From Cycas panzhihuaensis (taxonomy: Eukaryota > Plantae > Cycadophyta): a stretch of DNA of 64,000 nucleotides. A program made the translations under genes and the position numbers. Where the stretch lies: the NCBI GenBank assembly GCA_023213395.1, contig CM041465.1, forward strand, positions 86,559,741 through 86,623,740, written 5' to 3'. Shown here piece after piece: positions 26,138 to 40,936 of the stretch. The first letter of the stretch is position 1. Every line of letters begins with the position of its first letter. The notes beneath the pieces are model-generated. The model saw only the letters and a program-made list of their open reading frames with translations. It was not told the DNA's origin and did no database searches.

Positions 26138-28944
26138 TTTATTATATCACATATACTGACATGCTCAAAGCTCCTCCAAAGTCTTCTTTACATCATAATT
26201 ACTCCCTACAAACACATAGTTTGAATTTTTCAACAATATCGATTCACCTCCCCCATTTATAGAGAGAATCAAGGAGTTAAGAAAGTTACAGAGCACCAAT
26301 CCTCCCGTGAGTTAATCGAATGTAAAGTGTATTATAAGTATTACACTTTATTAACACGAAATACATAATACTTTATCAATCATGGAAATTTATTTACTAT
26401 TGTTACGACTTGTAACGATCTCATATCTTAATATCATAAATAAGTAAGACTAGTCCTTAACACAAAAGTTAACTTGGAGTTTGGTTACTTATAGCAAGAA
26501 TCATATGTAAGTAATTGGTCATGTTTAAAGGTGCATTAGCATTAATAATCTGCTATTAATCGATTAATATTGCATTAATCTGTGAGGATTAATGATATTA
26601 GTGAAGGATTAATAGAGATAATCAGAAAGGGTTGCGCCAATTCTCATACAAATAAGGCCCTAATTTTGTACAAAGGGTAATCAATTACCAATATCACACC
26701 TATATTCTTCATTAAAGAATAATTATTAATTTAATTGGGTTTCATACTTATTTAGTCCTCATTACATGCGTTACGCAGTCGCTGGTTAATCTGGACAAGT
26801 TTATTATGAGTGGTTCCAAGCATTTTTCAGCCTACATTAAATAAATCCATTGAAATTTTAGCTTCATGATTTTATTAAAAATATATAATATGTAGTGGTT
26901 ATTCGGGGGTTATGTTAGATGTCTAAGTTCTTAAGGCGTATCTTTTTCCCCTTATTATTATTATTATTATTAGTTATTATTATATAACTCTTTATTTAAC
27001 GCTTCATTTTGATGGGGTCATGTATATTGGCATAAATGTATATTTTAAAACTCTAATCAAGTTTGCTTAATGGAGGTTGGTGGTCTCATTGATTCGATTT
27101 TCAATGAATCAAAACAAACCCAACCCCTTAATCAATGTAGAATATTTTCCTTTGGTTCACCTACGAACATTTAGATTTTGAGAATAAATCACTAATATTC
27201 CCTTCTTTATCATTCTCCTTTAAGTCATTATTCTCCCCTTCATATTTAAGAGTTAAGCACCTATTACCTTACAAAGAAATATTAGAGAAAATGAAGAAGT
27301 TATTTTGAGAAAAAAATGAAGGGAGAAGGGATCTCTCAGATGTTAGAGCAATCCTAAGTACCTATTAAACTTCATTTAATATAAAAATAATGTGATATTC
27401 ATTCTATACTTATAATGATTAAATTTTGTTGCTCTATAAATGTTTCTTTTCATTTTATGTAAGTACACATGCCACTTTTGTCATGAATAGTTATTGAATT
27501 TCACTATTCTATATTCCTACTAAATGCTTGAGAGTAAACCATTACCTACTATAATATTTCATCACAAAATTCACAAATTACGTTATGTGATAGATATGTA
27601 TGTGCTGCGAGGATTCATTTTTATAATGAAAGAAATACATACTTAATAATCATCCCATTGCCAAGTCGTCCATTTGTCCATTTACCTTTATTCATCAGCA
27701 TGATATTATCTACCGACCACTTGTTCATTAAATTTACTATTTGGATCCCTACTCAATGGACTTTATCTTGTTCTTAATCCTCGACTCCTTCTAGTCCATA
27801 AGCATAAGTAGGTTTGGCATTCTGAAATTATTCTTGCTCAATGCTTCCTTGCCTTTGTTTATCCTAGATTTATTGTCATTATTAGCCCCTTAATTCGAGC
27901 CCTAATCAATGCCCTCGTAAGGGTGGTCGCTTTGTTCCAATCTACATTTGTTATTTTTAGCTTCAGCATGGAGATTTGGATGGTTAATTCAAATTAATGA
28001 ACACGCTTCAATGATGCCGAATCCTTAGCACAATCGCCAATCAAATGGCACCCAATCACTGTATTGATCATCCTTCTAATAAGTAACCTCATTTGATAAC
28101 TCTGAAACATGTTTTTGTTTTTCCGGTCCATGTTTTAAAAAGACTTCAAAGTTAGTTGCCATGCTCTAAAACTACTACCTGGTGTTTTGGGTTGTAATGT
28201 CATTTGAATGTAAACTCTAGAAGTGTAGAGATTAAAATCACAATTATAAAGCACAAAATAAGTACATCATTCCTAATTATATAAACCACTATCAAAGTTC
28301 TTGGCGTGCTAATTGACATTGAATTGTAAGATTTCAATTGAAACTTATTTCAAAAAATATTATTTGGCAAGATGTGTAATTGACAAATATGCAATTTAAT
28401 ATATGCCTCAAAATTTATTTCAAAACGGAACTAGATGTAATAGCTCAACAAAAGGTTCCACAAAGTTATGATTAAATAAGTAATATGCAATACCTCTAAC
28501 CCTTTTTTCTTATTCTTTATGTTTAAAATTTATGGAAACCTCTTATCGAAATTTGAATGCTAGGTTATAGATATTATGTTTATCATTATGATTGTGGACT
28601 TATAATTCATCGGCCAAAGAATCAATACTACCCCTTTACTTTGTAATATTCCCTATAATATAATTGTTTTAAGTATATTCTTTTTTTTTTTTAGAAATAA
28701 GGGTGTTGGTTTAGTAATAATAACTAGTATTGATGTTAATTATATGATTCTAATAATTATATACTTAATATGTCTTATCATAGCCTATTGATATTTACGT
28801 TAATGTTGATGAATTGCAAAGAATAAACAATGATCATTAGTAATTAACTAGCCATATGAAATATGGTTGAAGAATGAGTTGAATGATAACAATATATAGG
28901 TAATGGACTATTGCTAAGCATGTTTGAGCTTACAAACAATGTTT

Positions 28945-29149
<205 letters not shown>

Positions 29150-29879
29150 GTTGCATGAAAGAGATAGCTGGAACAAAAAATCCATCATAAATCATATACA
29201 TAAAAAAATCCTCCCCAAATCTATATTTATCTTTATTAATAGAGAATAGTCACTTAACTCTTTATCTTCTAATATAGGTTATATTAGTCTATTAAAGGTG
29301 GAGAAGAATATAGATTATTCAATTACGTAGATGGTCAAATATTAAAATGAGGGAAGTTGAATAAATCATAAAAAGAATTGGAATTTGGTGTGGGTTTATG
29401 TAGGAGTCTACATCCTCCCTTTGGCAGTTTCTGAATGATTATGGGTCAATAATGGTTGATAAAACATTATGTTAAGATAAACAATGCCAAAAAGAGATGT
29501 AAGCTAAGCTTTAGTTATTTTAAAGGCTTATTTTTTTGGAGGTCTAATAGCATGCTTGAATGTGGAGTAAATGAAATGAATGAAAGGGGAGAGGAAATAA
29601 AGAGGGGAGCAGTGGCAGTGGTGCCATGAAATGGACAATGTGTCGAGGAGCTAGAAGAAGAGGAATGGCAAAACTAGAAGGGGGAGCTCTCCTTTTGATT
29701 TTGTAGGTACACTTAAGTCATTGGGTAGTCTGCATGGGTTCAATGATCTTTTATAAAAAGGGAATCAAGGAAAAGAGGTAGTACAAGACTGTATCAAGGG
29801 TCATCATTGAGCTAAAGAAACTGTGTAAGGTTATTACAATGGATAGAGGGCAAGAGGCAAGGTTAAGGATATTTTGGGA

Positions 29880-30379
29880 ATGGGTAATTTGTTTGGATGC
29901 TTTACTTATGGTGAACACTTGGTCTCTATTGCAAGATATTGGGATTTGGTTAACACTCACATATTATTGGATTTCAATTTGTTTGTGAAGTATTCAACCT
30001 TTGGTGGGCTTAATTCGCCTCTTCATTTTACAATTGCTAAATGGCACAATGAGATTGTGTGCTTGTTGCTCGAGCATATAGCCAATGTGAATTCTAGGAA
30101 TCATTGTGGCTAGATAACTTGCTATAAGCTTTGTTGATATGGATATTAGGAGGTCATGCAAACTCTTCTTCTGTTGAAAGCAAATGACACATGACGGATT
30201 ACCTTAGTCGTGGACAACCTTATATTTTATAGTAGTAAATGATCATACAAGATGCATCATACTTATGGTTGTAAACTTTGTACCCAGTGCCCTTATTAAT
30301 TGAAATAACCTCCATCTTTTGATAATAAGAATTTTACAACAGAGGGATGTCACCTCGATGTAAAAAATAGAATATGACA
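29880..30379 (+). pseudogene. XBAT33: XBAT33-like pseudogene, copy 2
   Basis: Counterpart of 3783-4288. Confidence 0.85.
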
Positions 30380-32742
30380 GTCACTAGTTACGATTTTTCA
30401 ATAGTATGGTGGTCTAGCCCATGGAGAAAATGGCAATGAGACCAAGGTGTCTGTTCCAATTTAAACTTGGAGATGACGTGTTCTATTGTAAAAAAAGAAT
30501 GGGATAGGGAAAGCAATGGGCTGTAGAAAACAAGGCTAAAAAGGGCTAATCACCAAAACTTGATCAATAACAATGTAAAAAAAATGGACAATAGTCTCAA
30601 AGGGTTAAAAGTGCTCATGAAAGCGCCAAGGGTGTCTCTGGATATGGGGACCAAGTGAATAAGTTATAAATGCCATTAACCATGGTTAAGATTGTCACAA
30701 GCTAATAAAATAGGTGCATGCATCATCAACTAAGCAAGATTAAGTAGCATATACAAATACATAATCATGAAAATCAATAGTAAAGCTTTAAACAAAAGCA
30801 ACGATACATACTGACTTACCTCTATGATCGATGACTATTGGAATCCCGGATGGTGGGAAACATTTGCCCCTTAGCAACGCGACCTCCTTAGACATGTGTT
30901 GCGGGATGGTGAATGTTCTCAACAATGCTCATCAATATATGCATACATATTTCTTGGTGAAGGGAATGACAAATGCACGTGAAAGCGATTCAGAAGCCTA
31001 ATCTCAATAACAAACTTGGGAACCATCCCATGAGATGATACTTTAAGATATGGGCCACCAATTGGTCGACCTCAGTATTTTGTTCTTGTGGAACATGGTG
31101 AACTATAATAGATAAGAATTGACCCAAAAGGAATCTTGCCAAGTTAGCAAGGGAACATAATTAGGGATAATGAGCTTGATAAACCTATGTGAGCTAATAA
31201 ATGACTAGTTGCAAGACAAAAACCAAGACAATAGGACCAGAATGAACCCAAAGTGCATTAATTAGGGATTCAATGATAGTAGTATACTTAGTTATGTTAT
31301 TAGTAGCCATTGAAATATATATTCTGACACTAATAAAAACACAACTCGCTTAGTCACGAATATTCCAAGCGACGGCAGATGGGTCGGGGTTACCACGACT
31401 TCCTCCATATGTGTAGAGTAATAATGACATGGAGAAAATAACGACCAAGTTAGTTGCAACCATTTAATAAAATTTCAATAAACAAACCTGCAAACCCTCG
31501 TTGCACATACACACTACTGATATCTTTCTTAAAAAAATATAGGTTCTTAAGAGATTAGCAAGTTCTGCATCTTATAGACCCAACACGTTAGTGTTCTCTC
31601 ATGAGCAAACCATATACTACACCAACTTATACCACAAAACCCTCATCTTGAATCATGATCACTTCATCACATGAGAGAATAATAGCCTATCTAACACATC
31701 TTTGGCTTTTAACGGCGATCAAGCCTGCTTCAAAAGCCCCATTCTCAATCTCACATACAACACTTACATGTATATTGGCAAGATATGTATATAGGTCTAA
31801 AAACAAATAAAATAGCATCGAACCTTTGTGGAATTTAACATAACTGCAACAACTATGCTTTTGGTTAGATTTCAATGTTTGTGCCCCAACATACTCAAGG
31901 TACCACTAAAACCATGGTTTGAAAGCATCACAACCTACAACAAATCTTCACCTGGAAAATAAACTACCCTTTTCATTAGTCACAAACAAGCATATGTAAA
32001 TAAGTTCTAAATCAAAACATTGAGACTTGGACACACTCATTGTCTTACAACCTAATTGGGGTCAAACCAGGTTCTGATAAACCTAACTCTAATACAACTT
32101 ATTAGAAATATAATAGGTCCAAGGCTATATAACATCAACTCACATAAAATATAAAGAAATATACATTCCTAAGATCAAGACTATGGATTATTGAGCTATA
32201 TAAGTGAATAAATAAAGAACAAATATGGACAAACACATAACCTGATGTGCTTGTAGGAAATAATCGCTTCCAAATTATATTATGATAAACTAATACGTAT
32301 TTATAATACATATCACTCAATGGCTATCTAATCCCATATCAGGAACCACTTGGTTAACCAATGACCTACAACATTAAGAAGTGCATGCACTATGACCCCT
32401 TAGTACACATCAAATGGATAATTACAATAATTTAATAATTATGGGTTTGACATTACCCAACAAAATTAAGTAAATTCCAAATTGTAGTTTAGTTTTGAGT
32501 ATGTTTTTAAGTGATTTGATGTCGACTAATGTTATGGTGACTTGTAGGTAATATTGGTACATGACTAACATGGAGTATCGAACCAACCATGTTTGGTATG
32601 ATCATAAGGATAGGGGCCATGATGTAGTAGACTTTGAGGCATTACAAATTATATTAGTTGGTCAACTCATATGATGTTATTATACCAATGATTGTTGGTG
32701 GATATTGTGTCCCATTAGGACCAAACAAGGCAAGTATTTCAC

Positions 32743-33140
32743 TTGCCTCAAATAGGTGATAGAGATATTCGACGAATATTAGGAGTATCGTATACAGGGG
32801 CAATGTCAAAACTAGGAGCCTTACCCAACAATGACGAGGTGCATAGAATAATAGATATATATTTCTATGACGACAAAGAGTGGGATCAACGAGGGATTAA
32901 CCTTCCTACGCACTTAACATCGACAAGTGTGGAAGCTCATAGTATGTGCAATCTTATTTTGAGTAATGATGTGACACATTTACTCAATGTTCCCCAAAGG
33001 TTGGTTTGGTTGCGTGTCACGATGTAAGGCTAGGAAAGGTTTAACTAAGGCAACTTGATCCACTATAATTTGACATGCCATCTAGATAAGATTAGGGAGG
33101 CTAGCTTAAGGGGACTCCCATACTACTCTCTTCTCGACCG
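32743..33140 (+). pseudogene. Transposase_32-like antisense ORF relic, copy 2
   Basis: The 94-aa ORF is identical to 6686-6970. Confidence 0.5.
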
Positions 33141-35539
33141 ATTTTTAATTCTTGCATAAGAGGCACCCCTAGAGGGCCACAACCTATAGCAATTGTTATT
33201 GTGATCCATGGGTGGCTTACTAGGTTTAGGGGCATGGGACCAGTCGTTGTAATAAGGCGGGGTATTTATGCTAGCTCGTTAGACTATCTCATAGTACAAA
33301 GGTTTATACGGGACTCTTACATGAGGGTCTACTAGGACTTAGACAAAGAGGAGCTGGCAGATGTTGAATGTAGGGGCATAGTAATGCCCCCATAATAGAT
33401 CGAGTCAACAAAGGAGGTTCCAGCAGGTTGTAGAGGATTTGAACGAGCAAGGGCTAAAGTGTTTAATTAGAGACATGGAAGGAGAGAACAAGCAATAGTA
33501 GGAGGTGTTGATGGCACCACCAGTATACTTTCAACCTACACCCTTCCTTTCATATACTTAACATAGTTTAGCTTTATATTTATATTTATATTTATGTTGG
33601 TTTCACATGATATTGAGTGATCATTTTCTTTATATTATAGTGCGAGTTGGAGTGCTTCACATGTGTCTTCGTGAAGGCAGGTGTTGGACTTATTGTTATC
33701 TCGGTGTCAAGTAAGGCCAACTTTTCATGGAGGGCACGGGATTGTCGACATTAGCACACTTACACCTAGGAGTATTTGCACCTAATGAGGGCCCTCGAGA
33801 TATGGGGGTAAATGGGATGACCATTTCCCAACTTCAAGGCCAAGTAACCCTAATGGCGGGCGATATAGGCGATGCAGGGTAAAGGTACAAATAGTTACCT
33901 TTGCAAACTGGTAGAGAATATGACAAACAACATAGACTAGTTGATCAAGGAGAGGGATTGACTGCTTATGTCTTAACAGTGAATGGTTGAGATTATAGCA
34001 ACTAGATCATTGTGTACTCATACACCATCGCAGAGGATGGTGAGAGACAATAGAGGCGAGGCGAGGCAAGCCAAGTAATCCGGTTGAGATGCTCTAGCAT
34101 GGAGGTAGAGGGTCCCCCGAGGAAGGGGAATCCTAGAGAGGATGAGAGGGGGATCCATGATCTAGGTATTTTGTACTATTTTGGGGGAGGTAAGCATGTT
34201 CCATAAGGGTGAGATGAGAGAATGATGGTTGATTAAGCATTATATTATCTCCTCACATAACCACGAGCTCCCTTAACATATGGTCTCACCATTTTTGCTA
34301 ATGTATATGTATTGATAGGATGTTGACTTGAGCTCCCCATTAGTTTGACATGTGTTTTATATTATGGTTATGGAAATGTAATATGTTTTTAAGTTTACAG
34401 TAGATATGTAGATATATGGATATACATATATCTGTACCACATGGATAGCTAGTAGTGTAACAGACCATTGATCATCATGCATTTTGTTTTATCACATATC
34501 AGAGATGATTTTATTTATAAAGTTGTACTAAGTTTACATTTGTAATGGGATATATCTCTTTATTTATTTTGTTTTTCATAGGTGCATATATGCACATTTT
34601 ATATGAGAGCCATGAGGAGTACCCTACAAAACCAACAAAAAAAAAGTACCAATAGTATCGCACACTACATTAACGTGGAGTGTAATTCCCCCAAGGGGCA
34701 TGCCCGAAAGGGAAGGAGGCCATGTAGATCTGTGGCTACTTACATCTCCTAATATATAAATTTTTATAGATTATTATTCTATTTATGTCTTTTTATTTGG
34801 GGTGATGTGCCTTGGCATCAAATGTAGTATTTGTTAAGGAAATGGCCATTTTGAGGGCATGCTACTTGGGTTGGTTGCCATGTAGGCCAATGCACCCTCC
34901 CACATTGTGACAGGCATTAAAAGTTATTAGGATGTTATCATGTGTCGAAATTGTGCAAGTGACAATGGTCGTGATGGTAGTGCCACCACCCACTAATAAA
35001 GTAAGAAGTGTTATGGTTAGGGACTTATCAATGTTAAGAAATTGGACAAGGCCCCGATTGTTTTATAAATAATTACGCTCCAAAGTGACTTGTCACCAAC
35101 TTGGGGAGAGAAAGGAGTAAATAAAGGTTGGCATCATGGGCCAAATCTATGAGTTGTTGGGATTCTTCAGGATAGTCATCCCAGTGTGGGAGCCCAATGG
35201 ATTAAAAAAGATCTGTCGATGGTGAATGATGAGTATTGAAAATCTCCTATAAAGAGTCAAAGGGAGGATCTTCCAAAATAAGCTCCATCACCTGCAATAG
35301 AATCAATATTAGGGCTAAGTATGAGAGAGGGTCAAGGCAAGGAGTCTTGTGCAAGGGTGGGGGGAGTGGTATCCCCAACATGATTGAATATATTTATGGT
35401 TTGCACAAGGGCATCCCCATCACCAAACTCATGATCATTAAGGATACCCACATATCTGTAGTGCCCCCCACCTATATACAAAGTGATTCATGTTTAACTT
35501 GAGAAGGATCAGGCCATGGTCAAACTTAGGTCTTTCATC

Positions 35540-37385
35540 TTAGAATGAAGAACCTAATTCTTCCTTGTTCTTCCCATTATTAAAACAGGCTTGTATGGAT
35601 TGTTGGAGGTCAGATTGGCTCCACTCATGGTGTTGTATGGTATGAATCTTTCCATTATAAACAAATTTGAGTTGTCCCCAAAGATTGGAACAAATAGCCT
35701 CCATTTGGTTAAACCATAGCATCCTTAGAAGGAGGTTCTAGTCCATGTCAATATCCAAGATAATAATCTCAATGGGGATAATTTTATCCTCAAGGGTAAG
35801 GGCAATGATGACCATCCCTAAGGGGGCCTTGGAGAAGCCATCATATCCTCAACAACAAGCTCAAGGGCATCAATGCCCAACTCTTTGAGCATACGAGCAA
35901 GCATGGCATTAATGGATGATATGTTATCAACAACCATCCTTTGTAGGACACAATTAGGGGTTTCAATGCTAATAAAGAGAGTGAAGAGGAGTTGGCGCTT
36001 TGTCTTCTTTGAGGAAGGGGATTCCTCTGGGTCAATTCACAAAAGAGGTTTAGTTGATTGCTTAACAAAAATAGAACTAACCTTACAAGGTCCTAATGCA
36101 TTCAAGAGTAACTGTCATTGATCAGGGCAACTTTATAAAATGTCCATCATGGACATGCTAGTAGAGACAGACTAAAGCTCCTCGATGATGGACAAAGGCT
36201 TCCTTTATAAGTAGATTGGGGGAGCACCCTCCTCATGCTGTAATGGCCAAGACAAACAAGGATAACCTTGGGGAGCATAGGGATCTCAATAGATTGAGGG
36301 TTAAGAGAGGAAGTGTTAGCTTCCCAAGTATGAACTCGTGTAGCATGGGTGGGCAATGTCGCTTACCCTTTGCATTATAATGTTCAACAACTTCTCCCAA
36401 TTTAGTGGATTAGGCCTTTGCCAAAGGCTAATATTGTTGTTATTACATAACACTTAGTTGAGAAGTGGCAATTTGGGTCTATGGGGATTTGCCCTTAACC
36501 TTTGATGCCCAAGACTTAGAACCACCATGATGTTGAGGGAAGGAATCCTTATAGATTTGTTGATCGAGGTTGGGCCTCAATGTTGGAGGTGTAGAAGGCT
36601 CTCGAAGAGGTTGGAACTCTGGGTGTTAAGTCCAATGATGATCGTCATCATGGGCATAACTCTAATGGACCCAACTCCGCTTCTTCACAACAAGGGGAAC
36701 ATCTCCCTTGTTACCCTTAAGCTGAGAAGGTTGTTGGGTAGTTTGATGAATAGGTCAATGGTTTTGTTGACATTGAGGTTACAAATTCCACCTTTCAGTG
36801 GCTTAAGTTGTAGCTTAAGGTCCAATATTATTTTTCGAATGAGTGAACGATAAAAGTGAGGGAATTTATAATCTTATGGATAGTACCAACATGGAGTTTA
36901 GTCCTTTAGGTTGTGTAGAAGCTTCATGTCTCCAGGTTAGTTTGGTGAACTTCTTGATTATCATCTGGATATTAATAAACTCAAAGGCAAGGTATTTGCC
37001 TACTGCACTCTCATATGTAGTGGCACCCATTTTGATCACTTCCACGTGCACCTTAGGATGTAGGACATTAATAAAAATATCTCAGTTCAACTCTTTAGGC
37101 AATGTGGCCTTAGAAGAATAAAGGAGGTCATGGAAGTGCCTAACAAGATCCTTGCTAAGCTCGTTAGGACCTTGTTTAAGGGAGAGGAGGGTCTTAGCCC
37201 CCACTCTCGAAAGGTCTAGGTGCGTCAAAATAGCTGACAAAAGTGTCAACTAGTTATTGGAAGGTGTGAATAGAATTGAGCCATTATAGGTTTCTAAGGA
37301 TAACGACATCGACATATTGTTCCATAACCGTTCAAGGAGTTGAGGTCCAACCATATTTAAAGTGGTTGTTGTGTCGCAAAATGCA
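35540..37385 (-). mobile_element. Old Tat/Ogre-type gag-protease relic, copy 2
   Basis: Counterpart of 9512-11360. Confidence 0.8.
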
Positions 37386-38039
37386 TATACGCCATGAATT
37401 ATTTACAAAGATCTATCTTTGGAATGTAAAAACAAGTGTTGATTTTGACCATCTTTTTTAGTATCTGTAACTCTTCTCCTAATAGTGGTTCATCAACACT
37501 CTTTGATGATAGGATTTGATGACAACTTTATATGAGGTCTTTGTTTTCGACATAGTAACAATAGTGATAGTACTAATGAGTCAAGACTAATTATTGCGAC
37601 ATTTAGAATGGACCATTTCAAACTTGTTCATTTCAATGGTTTCACTAGTGTCACTTGTGACAAATTCTTTGGAACAAATGGTACATCTGTCGATTTCAAT
37701 TGCTTCTTCGACCTCATTAGAAAAAAATAACACAAAATATCTTATGCTCATGAAGGGAGGGAGCATCCAATAGCTCATCATTAAACTATTATGTCTTCAA
37801 TAAGAATGTATAAATGTATAACTCACCATCACAATTGTCAATTCTATCAATTAATTGGCAATCTTAAGTGGCTTTCTTTTGTTTTTTTTTTAAGGTAAAT
37901 ATATATCGTTAAATAAAAAAACCAATTGCAATACAATATGGGTGATGTGCCCATTAGGTCAATGGGTACAATAACTTATTTCCAACAAGTGGTGCCTTTC
38001 TTCAACCACACCTTTGGCCGCATATTTGATTAGCTCTTG

Positions 38040-39320
38040 AGTGGTTGTCTTAATAGTCAAAAACATTTTAACTTTGTTTAATGCCTTACTAGGGCAATTT
38101 CTAGCATAATGCCCTTTTTGGAAAACAAATAAAACATCATCTTTTGGGACTAACCTAGAATCAGATATATGTTTTTTGAGACAGTGATACCTTGGAAAAG
38201 GTCTTCTTGGATTGGACACTCTTCGAAGTCAACTTTTTGTAATGTTTCTTGGGACAACTCTCGACAAAACAAGGAAAAATATTCCTTGTGGCATTTTTGA
38301 CTAGGAAGTGTAGTAGTTTGTTGTGCTTTTTCAACCAATAAAGCTAATTAATTTTCTACCTACACTTATTGATAATGTTAACAAAAAAATCATCAATATT
38401 TATATTGACTTTCCATATCTTATAGTATTAGATTTCACAAATTATTTGGAAGACTCATTGGAAATCTAATTTTGCCATGAGGACCATGATGTAATGATGA
38501 CTTTTAAATTTCCATTTAAATAATCATTAACATAAGGCTCAAATTGATTCAAATCCTGCCATGCAATTATATAACATCTTTTTTAACATTAACTAAGGAA
38601 GATATGGTGGTTGGTAATCAATAGTACTACTACTTAAGGACCAAAGTTCACCACTTAACGTTTTTTGCTATACTTCTAGTAGTCCACTACTAATAAACAA
38701 AACCAATCATTTATCTTTTGACATATATACAAATATGTGATCATTTGTGAGATTAACATCTTAGTGAAGAATTTAGAGACTTCCAAACCAAGCCCAAAGA
38801 GAATCGACAAGATTTTATGAACCATCTAAATTTAGCCAAGAATAATTCAAAGCCAAGCTTATGATAAGTTTTGTTATATTGGATTTGTTCTTTTAAATCA
38901 ACCTTATTTATGTTATTTTTTGTAGCAAATTTAGAAAAGACTTTCAAGGTTCTTCAACATCTGAGAGTAGAGCTAGATCAAGTTGTGTTGAAGTCGAAAA
39001 AAATGGTTTTTTAATCTAAAACTCATTATAGAAGTTGAAAGAAGGTTTTCCTTGCTCTTTCTTTACTCTTTGTTTCTTTTGAAGAAGTAAAGTTAAATTA
39101 GCTTTAATAGCAACTAATTGAGTTTCTAGTTGATCTTAATTTATTTTAGCATGGCTCTTCCAATTAGATAAATAATTTAGTTGTCTTTGAGCTAGGGTTA
39201 TTGATCTAGCTCCATTGTTATCTTTTCAATAAGAAAAGTATGATCAATGCCATTTTAATCAATCCCTCTCTCTTATGAGGCCATTTACCACCATACAAAT
39301 ATTGTTTCCCATTGAAAATT
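38040..39320 (-). mobile_element. Probable caulimovirid capsid fragment, copy 2
   Basis: Counterpart of 12020-13300. Confidence 0.45.
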
Positions 39321-40062
39321 CAATCTTCTTTTATTTCTTCTTGAAAGATACTCAAATATTTTCAACATATGGCTTATGTGTTTTAGAAAAAACGTGTGTT
39401 CATAATCACCAAACTAAAAAGTAACTAGAGGGGATTGGTGTAGAACTTGATGTTGCCTCTTTTACAACTTGCAAAGCGTCCCCTAGTTGTTGCACTTACT
39501 AGAATCTTCAACTTAGATTTTCTACAAATGAATAATGACATTTTTAATTTTTTCAAAGGACTTAAAAGCTTTAATTTTTGCCACAAAAAATAATTCTAAT
39601 AAACATATTTGAACGCCTTCCCTCATTTTTAAATGTCTTTTAGCTTCTTTTACTTGAAAGCGAGATCACAAAATTAAAAGAGAATCTACATACAATGCTT
39701 TTCTTGAGAGCAAATAGATTCCACTAAAACAAGCTATCTTCTTTGGTAAGAATCTATATTTCTTTAATACTAATAGAATGTATGTGCAATAATCAATTAT
39801 ATTGCTACATAGTAAAACTCAACATGCAACCTCCCCTCCTAAAAAACAAAGGAGCAACTCTAATACTGAAGTGCCCACATTTCTGCTACTAGTGCCCAAG
39901 CAAGCCTCTTAATCAACATGTCAACTGAACATTGATCACAAACATTTTTTTGCTCATTATAGCCCATGGGCTAAAAGGGACACAATCCCCTTTGCCAAGT
40001 AATTCTTAATGGTATTCTTGCAAATGCTTCTACATTATATCATTGGTTACACCCCTACCCCT

Positions 40063-40089
<27 letters not shown>

Positions 40090-40094
<5 letters not shown>

Positions 40095-40402
40095 AAGTGC
40101 GTGATGGTAACTATCACGAAGAAGTCCTCTTCCCAAATCACCCTAGGGCTTTTGGTGTAACAGCAATCCGTGACAAGTGATATCAGAGCGATCAGGGTTC
40201 AAAATTGGTCATGAGTTATCGCAGTAGCGTACTCGGACATACGTGAAGGCAGGGGAGTGAACGCCGAGGAACGTTGTGGTAGACATGCATTGCTGTGTAG
40301 GTGTAGCTGACTCGTGACGGGGAAGTGTTGGAGCGCGTGATGCTAACTATCACGAGGAAGTCCTCTTCCCAAATCACCCAGGCTTTGGTGGTGCAACGAC
40401 AA

Positions 40403-40407
<5 letters not shown>
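40090..40407 (+). mobile_element. TRIM, copy 2
   Basis: Counterpart of 14059-14383; the terminal GACA is missing in this copy. Confidence 0.88.
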
Positions 40408-40494
<87 letters not shown>

Positions 40495-40936
40495 AAAATA
40501 CTTAAAAATATTTTTTCTTTAATTAACACAAATATTCTTGTGCACCTACACTCAAACTAAAATATGCTATCCAAAATTTGCACAACTCTTGACAACCTTC
40601 TTGATGAAATAATACAAATCTGAAGTCACGAACAACACCTACTTCCAAGACATGCTTGTGCCATCATGGAAAACAACACCAAAGTCGATGCTTTATGAAA
40701 AACGTATTCAAAAACTCTTTCAATTAAATTAATAATATTTATCATCTTTTAATTCTTGCTCTAATCGGTCAGTCATTAAATTTTCCTAACCTATGAGACC
40801 TTTTTTATTAATGAGAAAGGGTTGTATTATACCAATTTGGTATTCTCATAAACCATGAGCAACCTAAAAAAAGACTATTGTCTAAATGCTCTAAACCCTC
40901 ACTTGATATTTAATATGTATTTATCACTTTTGATCC

